Assembly (NCBI RefSeq): GCF_006345805.1
Contig: NC_042998.1
Location: 172,298,001 to 172,362,000 of the forward strand
Reading direction: 5' to 3'
Origin: Octopus sinensis
Lineage: Eukaryota
Length of the DNA: 64,000 bases
The position numbers and the translations under genes are program-made. This document shows, piece by piece, positions 63,854-64,000 of this stretch (positions are counted from its first letter, which is position 1; each line of letters starts with the position of its first letter). The notes under the pieces were generated by a model. The model did no database searches, was not told the origin of the DNA, and saw nothing but the letters and a program-made list of their open reading frames with translations.

Positions 63854-64000
63854 TGGACATTCTAAAATCTCTACAAAGCTTTTCTCTTGGACAATCCTTT
63901 TCATTGATTGTCAGTTTTAAGCGAAATTTATGTGAACTTTATTTCTAAACTGATTTATAAAAAAAAAAAAAATTTTTTTTAAATGATACCTCCTCAGTGA

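Noticed and set aside
63822-63950. Acceptor ttgcag followed by an open frame CPCRRLQDDSVDILKSLQ
   Set aside because: It needs phase 2, has no MYPT similarity and no good donor; the sequence is better explained by the hairpin.

Overview
AT-rich eukaryotic genomic DNA, most likely from an octopus. This species call is inferred from the SINE/RTE/MITE families and microsatellite style as I recall them, not from a search. The window holds the middle part of one large + strand gene, the myosin phosphatase targeting subunit (MYPT1/PPP1R12A-like, Drosophila Mbs). I reconstructed 13 phase-compatible GT-AG coding exons between 432 and 26225. They run from just after the ankyrin repeats through the acidic region, the LRKxGS and RSASxPRL motifs, the Ser/Thr-rich insert and both Rho-kinase inhibitory sites (RRSTQG, RRSTG). 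The N-terminal RVxF/ankyrin exons lie upstream, and I found no C-terminal coiled-coil/leucine-zipper exons in the window. The most interesting feature is an intronic ATG-initiated Ser/Gly/Tyr-rich exon (37105-37308) with an upstream in-frame stop, nearby MEF2/E-box/Inr-like motifs, and a donor in the same phase as the last long-form exon. It looks like the first exon of a short C-terminal isoform, analogous to vertebrate M20/HS-M21. The introns contain tRNA-derived SINEs, RTE and other LINE remnants, two mariner deletion derivatives, a piggyBac remnant, TTAA-flanked MITEs, several long inverted repeats (candidate dsRNA/ADAR substrates), a near-perfect 21-bp hairpin and long compound microsatellites. 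No prokaryotic-type systems, CRISPR arrays, rRNA genes or genuine tRNA genes were seen.
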